Of a DNA stretch of 64,000 nucleotides, positions 1 through 12,300 are shown one piece after another. Below the pieces are notes generated by a model, which was given only the letters and a program-made list of their open reading frames with translations, had not been told where the DNA came from and ran no database searches. Location: the NCBI RefSeq assembly GCF_056746865.1, contig NZ_CM163382.1. One strand, written 5' to 3'. A program made the position numbers and the translations under genes. The stretch's first letter is position 1, and each line of letters begins with the position of its first letter.

Positions 1-754
1 ATACGCCCGTTTTGATCAGTAAATCAATGACTTTATTACATTCGGTTTGCAGCTTCTGCGCGGTCTGGATATCGCCTTCTTTCAGCGCCTTCACAATCCC
101 CTGATAACGCCAGCCCATGATGTTGTAGGTACTACCGATACCACCATCAGCGCCCGCCAGAAGACCAGAGGCGAAGATTTCGTCGTAACCGTTATAGAGC
201 ACCAGATCAGGATGTTCACGACGGATCTGTTCCATCTGATAGAGATCGCCAGAGGTCTGTTTCAGCGCGCCGACACCAGGCAGCGTAACCAGGGTGTTGA
301 TCTGATCCAGGGTTAGTTTTACCCCGCTCAGGGCAGGAATGTTGTACACCACCATCGGCAAACCATCCGCCGAATCAATAATTGCCCGATAGTGATCGCA
401 GTGTTCTTCAAAGCTGAAAGGATAGTAGAACGGCGTGACGGCGGAGACGGCATCGAAGCCATAACGTTTAGCCGATGCCGCAAGTTGTTGGCTTTCAGCA
501 GTGCTGACGCAACCGACGTGAGCGATGAGTTTAATCTTGCCTTTCGCCTCTTCGGCGACGATTTCCAGTACCTGTTCACGCTCGGAAAGGCTTTGTACAA
601 AGGCTTCGCCGGTAGAACCACCCACGTATAAACCGTCGATGCCCTGCTGAATATTGAACTGAACCAGGCGACGCAGACTCGCTTTATCCAGTGCTTGTTG
701 TTGATCAAAAGGAGTCAGGAGTGCGGCCATTACGCCACGTAAATTCGTTGCCAT
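1..754 (-). CDS. nanA: N-acetylneuraminate lyase NanA, N-terminal about 250 codons; the 3' end lies beyond the window start
   Basis: Reverse complement of 700-754 translates [21 protein letters not shown], the NanA N-terminus; frame stays open to position 1. Not in the ORF track because no stop lies in the window. Confidence 0.92.
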
Positions 755-790
755 AAATACCTCTGAAGTGATGCTTGTCTGATAAAACGA

Positions 791-813
791 TATACCTTTA
801 TACCTGTTATACC
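791..813 (-). promoter_or_regulatory. NanR operator: three direct GGTATA repeats (GGTATAACAGGTATAAAGGTATA on the minus strand) in the nanA promoter
   Basis: Repeats read directly about 40 bp upstream of the nanA start codon; matches the known NanR operator architecture. Confidence 0.75.
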
Positions 814-876
814 AGATCAATTAAGCAACACCCCATACAGAAAGCTTATAATGCGATCTGCTTCACTAAAGTGGCA

Positions 877-1668
877 TTATTTCTTTTTGTTGGTGCTCTG
901 ACCGAAGGCATGCCAGGTAGCAGAGACGCTGTTGAGATGCGATTGCAACGCGCGATCGGCTTCATCGGGATCATGGCGGCGGATCGCGTCAACGATCGCA
1001 ATATGCTGTTGATAGCTAACGTTGTTATGCTCGTGCAGAGCCTGATCAGCCACGGTTGGACGTGCGGCGATCAGCCAGTCGAGCAAGGCAACGTGGATCG
1101 CCATGAAGATTGGGTTACCGGGGATCTCCGCCAGCACGCGGTGGAAATCAACGTCTGAACGAATGAATGCCGCGTTGTTATCCAGCGACTGACTGTTGAT
1201 TTCCAGTGCTTTTGCCAGCAAATCGATTTGCTCATCGGTGGCGTGTTCAGCCGCATAGCGCACCAGGCTGGATTCAAAGAACAGACGTAATTGTTCGAAA
1301 TGGGCAATCCCACCAGGATGAGAAAGGAAATCTTTCGCCATGCCGGAAAGCTCGCCGATGATGGTGTCCGCAGAAGGACGTGAGACGCGAGCGCGTTCGC
1401 CGTTGTTTATTTGCACCAGACCTTTACGTTTTAACGCTGCCAGCGCTTCACGCACCGAAGGACGCCCGACATTAAAGAACGCCATCAGTTCGCGTTCAGA
1501 CGGTAATTGTTCACCTTCGCCAAATTCACGACGGCGGATCATCTGTTCCAGCTCTTCTTCCACCATTTCGGAGAGTTTTTTACGCGCCAGCGGGCGGCTA
1601 CGCAAGTTGCGACCAATTGCAGGTGAAGAATCTTCGGTTTGCGAATCAAATGCGTTCATAAGGCCCAT
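877..1668 (-). CDS. nanR: NanR, GntR/FadR-family repressor of sialic acid catabolism
   Basis: 263-aa [55 protein letters not shown]... recognised as E. coli NanR. Confidence 0.95.
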
Positions 1669-1774
1669 TCTGTAAGGTCAGTGTGATTAACATCATCAGT
1701 GACATCCTATCACAGGATTGAAAGTAGGGGAAAATGGCAGGGTTTTCTCTTTGTGCCTCATCATTACCATAATT

Positions 1775-1783
1775 AACGGAATA
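1775..1783. repeat. Target-site duplication AACGGAATA, left copy, flanking IS1
   Basis: Identical 9-mer directly abuts both IS1 ends (1775-1783 and 2552-2560). Confidence 0.85.
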
Positions 1784-1798
1784 GGTAATGACTCCAAC

Positions 1799-2302
1799 TT
1801 ATTGATAGTGTTTTATGTTCAGATAATGCCCGATGACTTTGTCATGCAGCTCCACCGATTTTGAGAACGACAGCGACTTCCGTCCCAGCCGTGCCAGGTG
1901 CTGCCTCAGATTCAGGTTATGCCGCTCAATTCGCTGCGTATATCGCTTGCTGATTACGTGCAGCTTTCCCTTCAGGCGGGATTCATACAGCGGCCAGCCA
2001 TCCGTCATCCATATCACCACGTCAAAGGGTGACAGCAGGCTCATAAGACGCCCCAGCGTCGCCATAGTGCGTTCACCGAATACGTGCGCAACAACCGTCT
2101 TCCGGAGCCTGTCATACGCGTAAAACAGCCAGCGCTGGCGCGATTTAGCCCCGACGTATCCCCACTGTTCGTCCATTTCCGCGCAGACGATGACGTCACT
2201 GCCCGGCTGTATGCGCGAGGTTACCGACTGCGGCCTGAGTTTTTTAAATGGCGGAAAATCGTGTTGAGGCCAACGCCCATAATGCGGGCGGTTGCCCGGC
2301 AT
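1799..2302 (-). CDS. insB: IS1 InsB (transposase ORF, expressed as InsAB' fusion by -1 frameshift)
   Basis: 167-aa ORF ...[54 protein letters not shown]... recognised as IS1 InsB. Confidence 0.93.
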   Translation of the reverse strand: MPGNRPHYGRWPQHDFPPFKKLRPQSVTSRIQPGSDVIVCAEMDEQWGYVGAKSRQRWLFYAYDRLRKTVVAHVFGERTMATLGRLMSLLSPFDVVIWMTDGWPLYESRLKGKLHVISKRYTQRIERHNLNLRQHLARLGRKSLSFSKSVELHDKVIGHYLNIKHYQ

Positions 2303-2496
2303 CCAACGCCATTCATGGCCATATCAATGATTTTCTGGTGCGTACCGGGTTGAGAAGCGGTGTAAGTGAACTGCAGTTGCCATGTTTTACGGCAGTGAGA
2401 GCAGAGATAGCGCTGATGTCCGGCAGTGCTTTTGCCGTTACGCACCACCCCGTCAGTAGCTGAACAGGAGGGACAGCTGATAGAAACAGAAGCCAC
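2221..2496 (-). CDS. insA: IS1 InsA (DNA-binding inhibitor of transposition)
   Basis: 91-aa [45 protein letters not shown]...; start codon reads GTG in this copy. Confidence 0.93.
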   Translation of the reverse strand: MASVSISCPSCSATDGVVRNGKSTAGHQRYLCSHCRKTWQLQFTYTASQPGTHQKIIDMAMNGVGCRATARIMGVGLNTIFRHLKNSGRSR

Positions 2497-2551
2497 TGGA
2501 GCACCTCAAAAACACCATCATACACTAAATCAGTAAGTTGGCAGCATCACC

Positions 2552-2560
2552 AACGGAATA
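2552..2560. repeat. Target-site duplication AACGGAATA, right copy
   Basis: See left copy. Confidence 0.85.
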
Positions 2561-2824
2561 ATTAACTATTGCGAAAAATTAATGTAACGCAGATAAAAAC
2601 ATCCCGATTGAATTATTTATAAGACTATTCACGAGCATTATGAATATTATGAATGTGTTCTTACAAAATAATCATAAGCGCATATTTTTTAATGAAAAAT
2701 CACCTCACCTACAATTAAAAACACGACATCCGCACCATAAATAACCTTGCAAAAAATATAACATCATTGTTTTCAATCTGCCGTTTATGGGATTGACCGT
2801 TTTCTTTTGACACGGAGTTCAACA

Positions 2825-4192
2825 ATGTTCGGCATAATTATATCTGTCATCGTATTAATTACGATGGGCTATTTGATCCTGAAAAACTACAAACCTCAGG
2901 TGGTGCTGGCTGCCGCAGGTATCTTCCTGATGATGTGCGGTGTCTGGTTAGGGTTCGGTGGTGTGCTCGATCCCGCCAAAAGCAGCGGCTACTTGATCGT
3001 CGATATTTATAATGAAATCCTGCGCATGCTGTCCAACCGCATTGCTGGATTGGGGCTGTCGATTATGGCAGTGGGCGGTTATGCCCGCTATATGGAGCGC
3101 ATAGGGGCAAGTCGCGCGATGGTGAGCTTGTTAAGCCGCCCGTTAAAACTCATTCGCTCGCCGTATATTATTCTGTCGGCAACTTACGTCATCGGCCAAA
3201 TCATGGCGCAGTTTATTACCAGCGCCTCCGGTCTGGGTATGTTGCTGATGGTCACCTTATTTCCGACGCTGGTGAGTCTGGGAGTAAGTCGTCTCTCTGC
3301 GGTGGCGGTTATCGCAACCACCATGTCCATTGAGTGGGGGATTCTGGAAACGAACTCCATTTTTGCTGCCCAGGTCGCAGGAATGAAAATTGCCACTTAC
3401 TTCTTCCACTACCAGCTTCCGGTCGCCTCTTGCGTCATTATCTCGGTGGCGATCTCCCACTTTTTCGTGCAACGCGCTTTCGACAAAAAAGATAAAAATA
3501 TCAATCACGAACAGGCAGAGCAAAAAGCTCTCGATAATGTCCCGCCGCTCTATTACGCCATTTTACCGGTGATGCCGTTAATCCTGATGCTCGGCTCGCT
3601 GTTCCTTGCCCACGTCGGGCTGATGCAGTCAGAACTGCATCTGGTGGTGGTGATGTTACTGAGTTTGACGGTGACGATGTTTGTTGAGTTCTTCCGCAAG
3701 CATAACTTGCGCGAAACAATGGATGATGTGCAGGCGTTTTTTGACGGCATGGGTACGCAGTTTGCCAACGTGGTAACGCTGGTGGTCGCGGGTGAAATAT
3801 TTGCGAAAGGCTTAACGACGATTGGCACTGTCGATGCGGTTATCAGGGGTGCGGAGCATTCTGGTCTGGGCGGTATTGGCGTGATGATTATTATGGCGCT
3901 GGTCATTGCCATTTGTGCCATTGTGATGGGCTCAGGCAATGCGCCGTTTATGTCATTTGCCAGTCTTATTCCGAATATCGCAGCCGGACTACATGTGCCA
4001 GCGGTTGTAATGATTATGCCGATGCATTTTGCCACGACGCTAGCGCGCGCTGTTTCGCCGATTACTGCGGTGGTGGTCGTTACGTCAGGAATTGCAGGCG
4101 TTTCGCCTTTTGCGGTAGTGAAGCGGACAGCGATCCCCATGGCAGTCGGTTTCGTGGTGAATATGATTGCCACAATCACGCTATTTTATTAA
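2825..4192 (+). CDS. dcuD: DcuD, C4-dicarboxylate transporter family (DcuC paralog)
   Basis: Protein begins [34 protein letters not shown]...; the track ORF at 2807 carries a short upstream extension, ATG at 2825 chosen. Confidence 0.92.
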   Translation: MFGIIISVIVLITMGYLILKNYKPQVVLAAAGIFLMMCGVWLGFGGVLDPAKSSGYLIVDIYNEILRMLSNRIAGLGLSIMAVGGYARYMERIGASRAMVSLLSRPLKLIRSPYIILSATYVIGQIMAQFITSASGLGMLLMVTLFPTLVSLGVSRLSAVAVIATTMSIEWGILETNSIFAAQVAGMKIATYFFHYQLPVASCVIISVAISHFFVQRAFDKKDKNINHEQAEQKALDNVPPLYYAILPVMPLILMLGSLFLAHVGLMQSELHLVVVMLLSLTVTMFVEFFRKHNLRETMDDVQAFFDGMGTQFANVVTLVVAGEIFAKGLTTIGTVDAVIRGAEHSGLGGIGVMIIMALVIAICAIVMGSGNAPFMSFASLIPNIAAGLHVPAVVMIMPMHFATTLARAVSPITAVVVVTSGIAGVSPFAVVKRTAIPMAVGFVVNMIATITLFY

Positions 4193-4204
4193 GTCATTAA
4201 AAAG

Positions 4205-4233
4205 ACAAAACAGGCCGCCAGGGCCTGTTTTAG
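4205..4233. terminator. Bidirectional intrinsic terminator between convergent dcuD and sspB
   Basis: AAAACAGGCCGCCAGGGCCTGTTTT: GC stem flanked by A-run and T-run. Confidence 0.7.
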
Positions 4234-4235
4234 TA

Positions 4236-4733
4236 TTACTTCACAACGCGTAATGCTGGTCGACCACCACGTGGTGGCTGCGGTGGTTCATCGTCAGGAT
4301 GAGTGTCATCATCGTGATCTGGCTTGTCGCCATCAATAACCGACATAACGGTTTCGTTGTCTGCCGATGCCTCTTCATCATTCATGATGCTGGCATCTTC
4401 ATCGTAGGCAGCTTCAGGTTCAAACATCGTGCCTGCGCCATTTTCACGGGCGTAGATAGCCAGCACGGCAGCCAGCGGCACAGAAACCTGACGCGGAATG
4501 CCACCAAAGCGCGCGTTAAAGCGCACCTCATCATTCGCCAGTTCCAGATTGCCGACAGCACGCGGCGCAATGTTGAGTACGATTTGCCCGTCACGCGCAT
4601 ATTCCATAGGAACCTGCACGCCAGGGAGCGTCACATCCACCACCAGGTGCGGCGTGAGCTGGTTATCCAGCAACCACTCATAGAATGCACGCAGCAGATA
4701 GGGACGACGTGGTGTTAGCTGTGACAAATCCAT
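4236..4733 (-). CDS. sspB: SspB, ClpXP specificity-enhancing adaptor
   Basis: 165-aa ORF MDLSQLTPRRPYLLRAFYEWLLDNQLTPHLVVDVTLPGVQVP... with acidic tail ending ...RPALRVVK. Confidence 0.95.
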   Translation of the reverse strand: MDLSQLTPRRPYLLRAFYEWLLDNQLTPHLVVDVTLPGVQVPMEYARDGQIVLNIAPRAVGNLELANDEVRFNARFGGIPRQVSVPLAAVLAIYARENGAGTMFEPEAAYDEDASIMNDEEASADNETVMSVIDGDKPDHDDDTHPDDEPPQPPRGGRPALRVVK

Positions 4734-4738
4734 ACAGA

Positions 4739-5377
4739 TTAACTCCGGCCCAGACGCATTTCACGTTCAGCTTCAGTTAAAGAAGCAAGGAAAGAGTCAC
4801 GCTCAAAGACGCGGGTCATATAGCCTTTCAGCTCTTTCGCACCCGGGCCGCTGAACTCGATACCCAGTTGCGGCAGACGCCACAGCAGCGGAGCAAGGTA
4901 GCAATCGACCAGGCTGAACTCATCGCTCAGGAAGTACGGCTTCTGACCGAAGACCGGCGCAATCGCCAGCAGTTCTTCGCGCAGTTGCTTACGTGCGGCA
5001 TCTGCTTCAGAAGCTGAACCGTTGATGATGGTGTTCATCAGCGTGTACCAGTCTTTTTCGATGCGATGCATGTACAGACGGCTTTCACCGCGAGCTACCG
5101 GGTAAACAGGCATCAGTGGCGGATGCGGGAAACGCTCATCCAGATATTCCATAATGATGCGAGATTCCCACAGGGTCAGCTCACGATCCACCAGGGTCGG
5201 AACGCTCTGATTCGGGTTGAGGTCAATCAGATCCTGAGGCGGATTGTCCTTTTCCACGTGTTCGATCTCGAAACTTACACCTTTCTCAGCCAGCACAATG
5301 CGGACCTGATGGCTATAGATGTCAGTAGGACCGGAAAACAGCGTCATTACCGAACGTTTGTTGGCAGCGACAGCCAT
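4739..5377 (-). CDS. sspA: SspA, stringent starvation protein A (GST-like)
   Basis: 212-aa ORF MAVAANKRSVMTLFSGPTDIYSHQVRIVLAEKGVSFEIEHV... Confidence 0.95.
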   Translation of the reverse strand: MAVAANKRSVMTLFSGPTDIYSHQVRIVLAEKGVSFEIEHVEKDNPPQDLIDLNPNQSVPTLVDRELTLWESRIIMEYLDERFPHPPLMPVYPVARGESRLYMHRIEKDWYTLMNTIINGSASEADAARKQLREELLAIAPVFGQKPYFLSDEFSLVDCYLAPLLWRLPQLGIEFSGPGAKELKGYMTRVFERDSFLASLTEAEREMRLGRS

Positions 5378-5712
5378 GAAAACCTCCAGGTATAGTCAGA
5401 ATTTTTACTGCTACCAGCCACCAGGTGGCCAGTCAGAAGTTGTGTTACCCAGTAAGGAACGACTCTCTTTGTTCGAAAATCAAACAAAAAATGAGCAATA
5501 CCCGACATTTGGGCAGAAAATTGGATGATAGTTTACCAGATTTTGCGACCTTTGTGGTGAGTCGATGCCGGAAATGGGGAAAAAGAGATGCGCTTTAGTC
5601 TGAAATAGTTGACTTAGTCCCTTATTGGCGATGTGGTTTTTGTTTTGCCTGTCTGTCAGACGGCAGCAAAAAGCAACTTTCCATTTTTTACGCTGATTCA
5701 GAATTTAGCCAT

Positions 5713-5741
5713 AAAAAAACCCGCCGAAGCGGGTTTTTTCG
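5713..5741 (-). terminator. Intrinsic terminator of the rplM-rpsI operon
   Basis: On the minus strand GAAAAAACCCGCTTCGGCGGGTTTTTTTAT, immediately 3' of rpsI. Confidence 0.75.
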
Positions 5742-5771
5742 CAAATTGTTTTCTGCCGGAGCAGAAGCCAA

Positions 5772-6167
<396 letters not shown>

Positions 6168-6179
6168 CTATAATCCCGA

Positions 6180-6695
<516 letters not shown>

Positions 6696-6826
6696 CTACC
6701 CCTTCGAATAGCCTATGCCAGCACACAAAAAGTTTTGGGAAAAAAACTTTCTTGTAACGTGGGGTCGCAGGATTATAGAGAAGTCGGGGTCAAAGATCGA
6801 CCCCTTTTTGTGATTTGTGGCAGGTT

Positions 6827-7954
6827 TTAACCCGCTAAATGCTCGCGCTTCAGATACTCTTCGCTTTGCATCTCTTGCAGACGTGACAGGCAACGCTGGA
6901 ACTCAAATTTCAGCCGCTCGCCCTGATAAATGTCATATAGCGGCACTTCTGCACTCACCACTAATTTGACATGGCGCTCGTAAAACTCATCCACCAGCGC
7001 AATAAAGCGCCGCGCTTCGCTCTCCATCAACCGCGTCATAACTGGCACATCAAACAACATGACCGTGTGAAAGAGGCGTGAGAGCGCAATATAGTCATGC
7101 TGACTGCGGGCGTCGACGCACAGCGTAGTAAAAGAGACCGCCAGCGTCTGGTTCTCGACGCCCATTGTCGCCAATGGCCGATGGTTGATTTCTAACGTCG
7201 GTGAATTTTCTCGTTTCGCCCCCGCCAGCGCCAACCATAGTTTATCCATTTGCGCCCGGGTTTCATCGTTGAGGGGCGAAAGCCACAGATGCGCCTGAGT
7301 GAGTGTACGCAGTCGATAATCAACACCAGCGTCCACGTTCATTACATCACAATGCTGTTTAATGGCATCGATTGCAGGCAAAAAACGCGCACGTTGTAGG
7401 CCATTTCGATAAAGTTCGTCCGGCGGAATATTTGACGTCGCTACCAGGGTAATACCGCGGGCGAACAGGGCTTTCATCAGACCGCCAAGTAGCATGGCAT
7501 CGGTAATATCAGAAACAAAAAATTCGTCAAAACAGAGCACGTCAGTTTCTGCTTTAAAGCGATCGGCAATAATTTCCAGCGGATCGCTTTGGCCTTGTAA
7601 TTCGGTCAGCTCTTCGTGCACCCGCAGCATAAAACGGTGAAAGTGCAGACGCTGTTTCCGCTCTCCCGGCAGGCTTTGATAGAAAAGGTCCATCAGCCAG
7701 GTTTTCCCGCGTCCTACACCGCCCCACATATATAAGCCACGCACTGGCGTATGCTTTGTGTCTTCGCGTTTACCCCACAGCTTACCGACCCGCGCCATTA
7801 GCCCACTCGTCCTGGGGGCTGGAGGCGTGCTATTGATGAGTTCCTGATAAATAATTTCCAGGCGGCTGACGGCCTCTTTTTGAACGTCGTCGGGTTGATG
7901 GCTGCCTTCATTGAGCGCCTTCAGGTATTGCGATGTTGGGGTAACGCTTTGCAT
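6827..7954 (-). CDS. zapE: ZapE (YhcM), AFG1-like cell-division ATPase
   Basis: 375-aa ORF with Walker A GGVGRGKT; recognised as YhcM/ZapE. Confidence 0.92.
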   Translation of the reverse strand: MQSVTPTSQYLKALNEGSHQPDDVQKEAVSRLEIIYQELINSTPPAPRTSGLMARVGKLWGKREDTKHTPVRGLYMWGGVGRGKTWLMDLFYQSLPGERKQRLHFHRFMLRVHEELTELQGQSDPLEIIADRFKAETDVLCFDEFFVSDITDAMLLGGLMKALFARGITLVATSNIPPDELYRNGLQRARFLPAIDAIKQHCDVMNVDAGVDYRLRTLTQAHLWLSPLNDETRAQMDKLWLALAGAKRENSPTLEINHRPLATMGVENQTLAVSFTTLCVDARSQHDYIALSRLFHTVMLFDVPVMTRLMESEARRFIALVDEFYERHVKLVVSAEVPLYDIYQGERLKFEFQRCLSRLQEMQSEEYLKREHLAG

Positions 7955-8147
7955 GATCTTATTGTTATTCCTTGAATAATCGGTGCGCCGTTGTTCACGG
8001 TTGACGAAAAAAAGGCCGTTCTACACTACGCGATATGCAGTCGGGATTCCACTTCTGTGGAATTAACGGTTATAGTGGCATAATCAGCCGCAGGCATGGA
8101 GCCTGAAGCCAACACCCTACGGAAACAAAAGACAACGGGAGATGTTC

Positions 8148-8546
8148 ATGACCTGGGAATATGCGCTAATTGGGTTAGTCGTCGGCATCATTATTGGTGC
8201 TGTGGCCATGCGTTTTGGTAATCGTAAACTACGCCAGCAACAGGCGTTGCAGTACGAACTGGAAAAGAATAAAGCTGAACTGGACGAGTATCGCGAAGAG
8301 CTGGTTAGCCACTTTGCCCGCAGCGCGGAATTACTGGATACCATGGCGCACGACTATCGCCAGCTGTATCAGCACATGGCGAAAAGCTCCAGCAGCCTGC
8401 TGCCGGAACTGTCTGCTGAAGCAAACCCGTTCCGTAATCGTCTGGCAGAGTCTGAAGCCAGCAACGATCAGGCACCGGTGCAGATGCCTCGCGACTATTC
8501 TGAAGGCGCGTCCGGCCTGCTGCGTACTGGCGCGAAGCGCGACTAA
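8148..8546 (+). CDS. yhcB: ZapG (YhcB), inner-membrane protein
   Basis: Product MTWEYALIGLVVGIIIGAVAMRFGNRKLRQQQALQYELEKNKAELDEYREEL... Confidence 0.9.
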   Translation: MTWEYALIGLVVGIIIGAVAMRFGNRKLRQQQALQYELEKNKAELDEYREELVSHFARSAELLDTMAHDYRQLYQHMAKSSSSLLPELSAEANPFRNRLAESEASNDQAPVQMPRDYSEGASGLLRTGAKRD

Positions 8547-8699
8547 TTTATTTTTCGGGCGCAGCCATTGCGCCCTCCTCTTCTCTCCCTCCCCGACTAT
8601 CATTTAATCTGGTGTCTCATTGTTAGCCGTCTGAAAATTCAATAACATCAAACTGTTTTGAATCTCTTTTCTTATCATTCAGGTACGAGAGCAGGAATA

Positions 8700-10067
8700 A
8701 TGAAAAAACAAACCCAGCTGTTGAGTGCATTAGCGTTAAGTGTCGGGTTAACTCTCTCGGCGTCATTTCAGGCCGTTGCGTCGATTCCAGGCCAGGTTGC
8801 CGATCAGGCCCCCCTCCCCAGTCTGGCCCCAATGCTGGAAAAAGTGCTTCCGGCAGTGGTGAGCGTACGGGTGGAAGGAACGGCCAGTCAGGGACAGAAA
8901 ATCCCGGAAGAATTCAAAAAGTTTTTTGGTGATGATTTACCGGATCAACCTGCACAACCCTTCGAAGGTTTAGGCTCCGGTGTCATCATCAACGCCAGTA
9001 AAGGCTATGTGCTGACCAACAACCATGTGATTAATCAGGCACAGAAAATCAGTATTCAGCTCAATGATGGGCGCGAGTTTGATGCAAAACTGATTGGTAG
9101 CGATGACCAGAGCGATATCGCCCTGTTGCAAATTCAAAACCCGAGCAAATTAACGCAAATCGCTATTGCCGACTCCGATAAATTGCGCGTCGGTGATTTT
9201 GCCGTGGCGGTCGGTAACCCATTTGGCCTTGGGCAAACCGCCACCTCTGGCATTGTGTCAGCATTAGGCCGCAGTGGGTTGAATCTTGAAGGTCTGGAAA
9301 ACTTTATCCAGACAGATGCTTCCATTAACCGCGGTAACTCCGGCGGTGCACTGTTAAATCTTAACGGTGAGTTAATTGGCATCAACACGGCAATCCTTGC
9401 GCCTGGTGGCGGGAGCGTCGGGATTGGATTTGCCATCCCCAGTAATATGGCGCGAACACTGGCGCAGCAGCTTATCGACTTTGGTGAAATCAAACGCGGT
9501 CTGTTAGGCATCAAAGGCACAGAGATGAGTGCCGATATCGCCAAAGCCTTCAACCTTGACGTGCAGCGTGGCGCGTTTGTCAGCGAAGTGTTGCCAGGTT
9601 CTGGCTCGGCAAAAGCGGGCGTCAAAGCGGGCGATATTATTACCAGCCTCAACGGCAAACCGCTGAATAGCTTTGCTGAGTTGCGCTCTCGTATCGCAAC
9701 CACCGAGCCGGGCACGAAAGTGAAGCTTGGCCTGCTGCGTAACGGCAAACCACTGGAAGTAGAAGTGACGCTCGATACCAGCACCTCTTCGTCGGCCAGC
9801 GCTGAAATGATCACGCCAGCGCTTGAAGGTGCAACGTTGAGCGATGGTCAGCTAAAAGATGGCGGCAAAGGTATTAAGATCGATGAGGTTGTCAAAGGAA
9901 GCCCAGCTGCTCAGGCTGGCTTGCAAAAAGACGATGTGATCATTGGCGTCAACCGCGATCGGGTGAACTCGATTGCTGAAATGCGTAAAGTGCTGGCGGC
10001 AAAACCGGCCATTATCGCCCTGCAAATTGTACGCGGCAATGAAAGCATCTATCTGCTGATGCGTTAA
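8700..10067 (+). CDS. degQ: DegQ periplasmic serine endoprotease (HtrA family, two PDZ domains)
   Basis: Product MKKQTQLLSALALSVGLTLSASFQAVA... with GNSGGAL catalytic motif; the track ORF is extended 5'. Confidence 0.95.
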   Translation: MKKQTQLLSALALSVGLTLSASFQAVASIPGQVADQAPLPSLAPMLEKVLPAVVSVRVEGTASQGQKIPEEFKKFFGDDLPDQPAQPFEGLGSGVIINASKGYVLTNNHVINQAQKISIQLNDGREFDAKLIGSDDQSDIALLQIQNPSKLTQIAIADSDKLRVGDFAVAVGNPFGLGQTATSGIVSALGRSGLNLEGLENFIQTDASINRGNSGGALLNLNGELIGINTAILAPGGGSVGIGFAIPSNMARTLAQQLIDFGEIKRGLLGIKGTEMSADIAKAFNLDVQRGAFVSEVLPGSGSAKAGVKAGDIITSLNGKPLNSFAELRSRIATTEPGTKVKLGLLRNGKPLEVEVTLDTSTSSSASAEMITPALEGATLSDGQLKDGGKGIKIDEVVKGSPAAQAGLQKDDVIIGVNRDRVNSIAEMRKVLAAKPAIIALQIVRGNESIYLLMR

Positions 10068-10156
10068 TGTCGTAAACCGGGCATCAGGCTGACGTGTGAT
10101 GTCCGGTTAACTCGTGGTATGCTGCTGCCGTTCCCTTTTTTAATGACGCCTCCATC

Positions 10157-11224
10157 ATGTTTGTGAAGCTCTTACGTTCCGTTGCGATTGGATTAATTGT
10201 CGGCGCTATTCTGCTGGTTGCCATGCCTTCGCTGCGCAGCCTTAACCCGCTTTCCACTCCGCAATTTGACAGTACCGATGAGACGCCTGCCAGCTATAAT
10301 CTGGCGGTTCGCCGCGCCGCGCCAGCGGTGGTTAACGTTTACAACCGAGGTTTGAACACCAACTCTCACAACCAGCTTGAGATCCGCACCCTGGGATCCG
10401 GTGTAATCATGGATCAACGCGGTTATATCATCACCAATAAACACGTCATCAACGACGCCGATCAGATCATCGTCGCCTTACAGGATGGACGTGTATTTGA
10501 AGCATTGCTGGTGGGATCTGACTCTCTAACCGATCTGGCGGTACTTAAAATTAATGCCACTGGCGGTTTACCTACTATTCCAATCAATGCACGTCGCGTA
10601 CCGCACATTGGCGACGTGGTACTGGCGATCGGTAACCCGTACAACCTCGGGCAGACCATTACCCAGGGGATTATTAGTGCCACGGGTCGAATTGGTCTGA
10701 ACCCAACCGGGCGGCAAAACTTCCTGCAAACTGATGCTTCCATTAACCACGGTAACTCTGGCGGCGCGCTGGTGAACTCGCTGGGCGAACTGATGGGCAT
10801 TAACACGCTGTCGTTTGATAAGAGTAACGATGGCGAAACGCCGGAAGGTATCGGCTTTGCGATTCCTTTCCAGTTAGCAACCAAAATTATGGATAAACTG
10901 ATCCGCGATGGTCGCGTGATCCGCGGCTACATTGGTATCGGCGGACGTGAGATCGCACCACTGCACGCGCAGGGCGGTGGTATAGATCAACTGCAAGGGA
11001 TCGTGGTTAATGAAGTGTCACCTGACGGCCCGGCGGCGAATGCGGGTATTCAGGTCAATGATTTGATTATTTCGGTGGATAACAAACCGGCCATCTCTGC
11101 TCTGGAGACGATGGATCAGGTGGCGGAAATTCGCCCTGGTTCGGTGATCCCGGTTGTCGTGATGCGTGATGATAAGCAGTTAACGCTGCAGGTCACCATT
11201 CAGGAATATCCGGCAACCAATTAA
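10157..11224 (+). CDS. degS: DegS, inner-membrane serine protease that senses envelope stress (sigma-E pathway)
   Basis: 355-aa ORF MFVKLLRSVAIGLIVGAILLVAMPSLRSLNP... with GNSGGAL motif. Confidence 0.95.
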   Translation: MFVKLLRSVAIGLIVGAILLVAMPSLRSLNPLSTPQFDSTDETPASYNLAVRRAAPAVVNVYNRGLNTNSHNQLEIRTLGSGVIMDQRGYIITNKHVINDADQIIVALQDGRVFEALLVGSDSLTDLAVLKINATGGLPTIPINARRVPHIGDVVLAIGNPYNLGQTITQGIISATGRIGLNPTGRQNFLQTDASINHGNSGGALVNSLGELMGINTLSFDKSNDGETPEGIGFAIPFQLATKIMDKLIRDGRVIRGYIGIGGREIAPLHAQGGGIDQLQGIVVNEVSPDGPAANAGIQVNDLIISVDNKPAISALETMDQVAEIRPGSVIPVVVMRDDKQLTLQVTIQEYPATN

Positions 11225-11240
11225 GTCGTGCGCTCAAAAC

Positions 11241-11274
11241 AAAAAACCGGAGTCTGCGCTCCGGTTTTTTATTA
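11241..11274. terminator. Bidirectional intrinsic terminator between convergent degS and mdh
   Basis: AAAAAACCGGAGTCTGCGCTCCGGTTTTTTATT. Confidence 0.7.
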
Positions 11275-11286
11275 TCCGCTAATCAA

Positions 11287-12300
<1,014 letters not shown>

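Larger units (their letters stand above)
1784..2551 (-). mobile_element. IS1 insertion sequence, complete 768 bp, intact terminal inverted repeats
   Basis: Ends read GGTAATGACTCCAACTTATTGAT (1784-) and ATCAGTAAGTTGGCAGCATCACC (-2551), the canonical IS1 inverted repeats; contains insA and insB with the A6C frameshift motif (TTTTTTAAA on plus, about 2243-2251). Confidence 0.95.

Noticed and set aside
1784-2551. Possibility that IS1 is one arm of a composite transposon carrying cargo
   Set aside because: Only one IS1 copy occurs in the window and the flanking genes (nanR, dcuD) are in native chromosomal order with a clean 9-bp duplication, indicating simple insertion.
3553-4179. 208-aa ORF antisense to dcuD
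   Set aside because: Embedded antisense to the membrane transporter; Thr/Ile/Ala-rich mirror-frame artefact with no ribosome-binding site.
9134-9814. 226-aa ORF antisense to degQ
   Set aside because: Fully embedded in and antisense to a well-supported gene; Pro/Ser/Arg-rich low-complexity translation typical of the reverse frame of GC-rich coding DNA.
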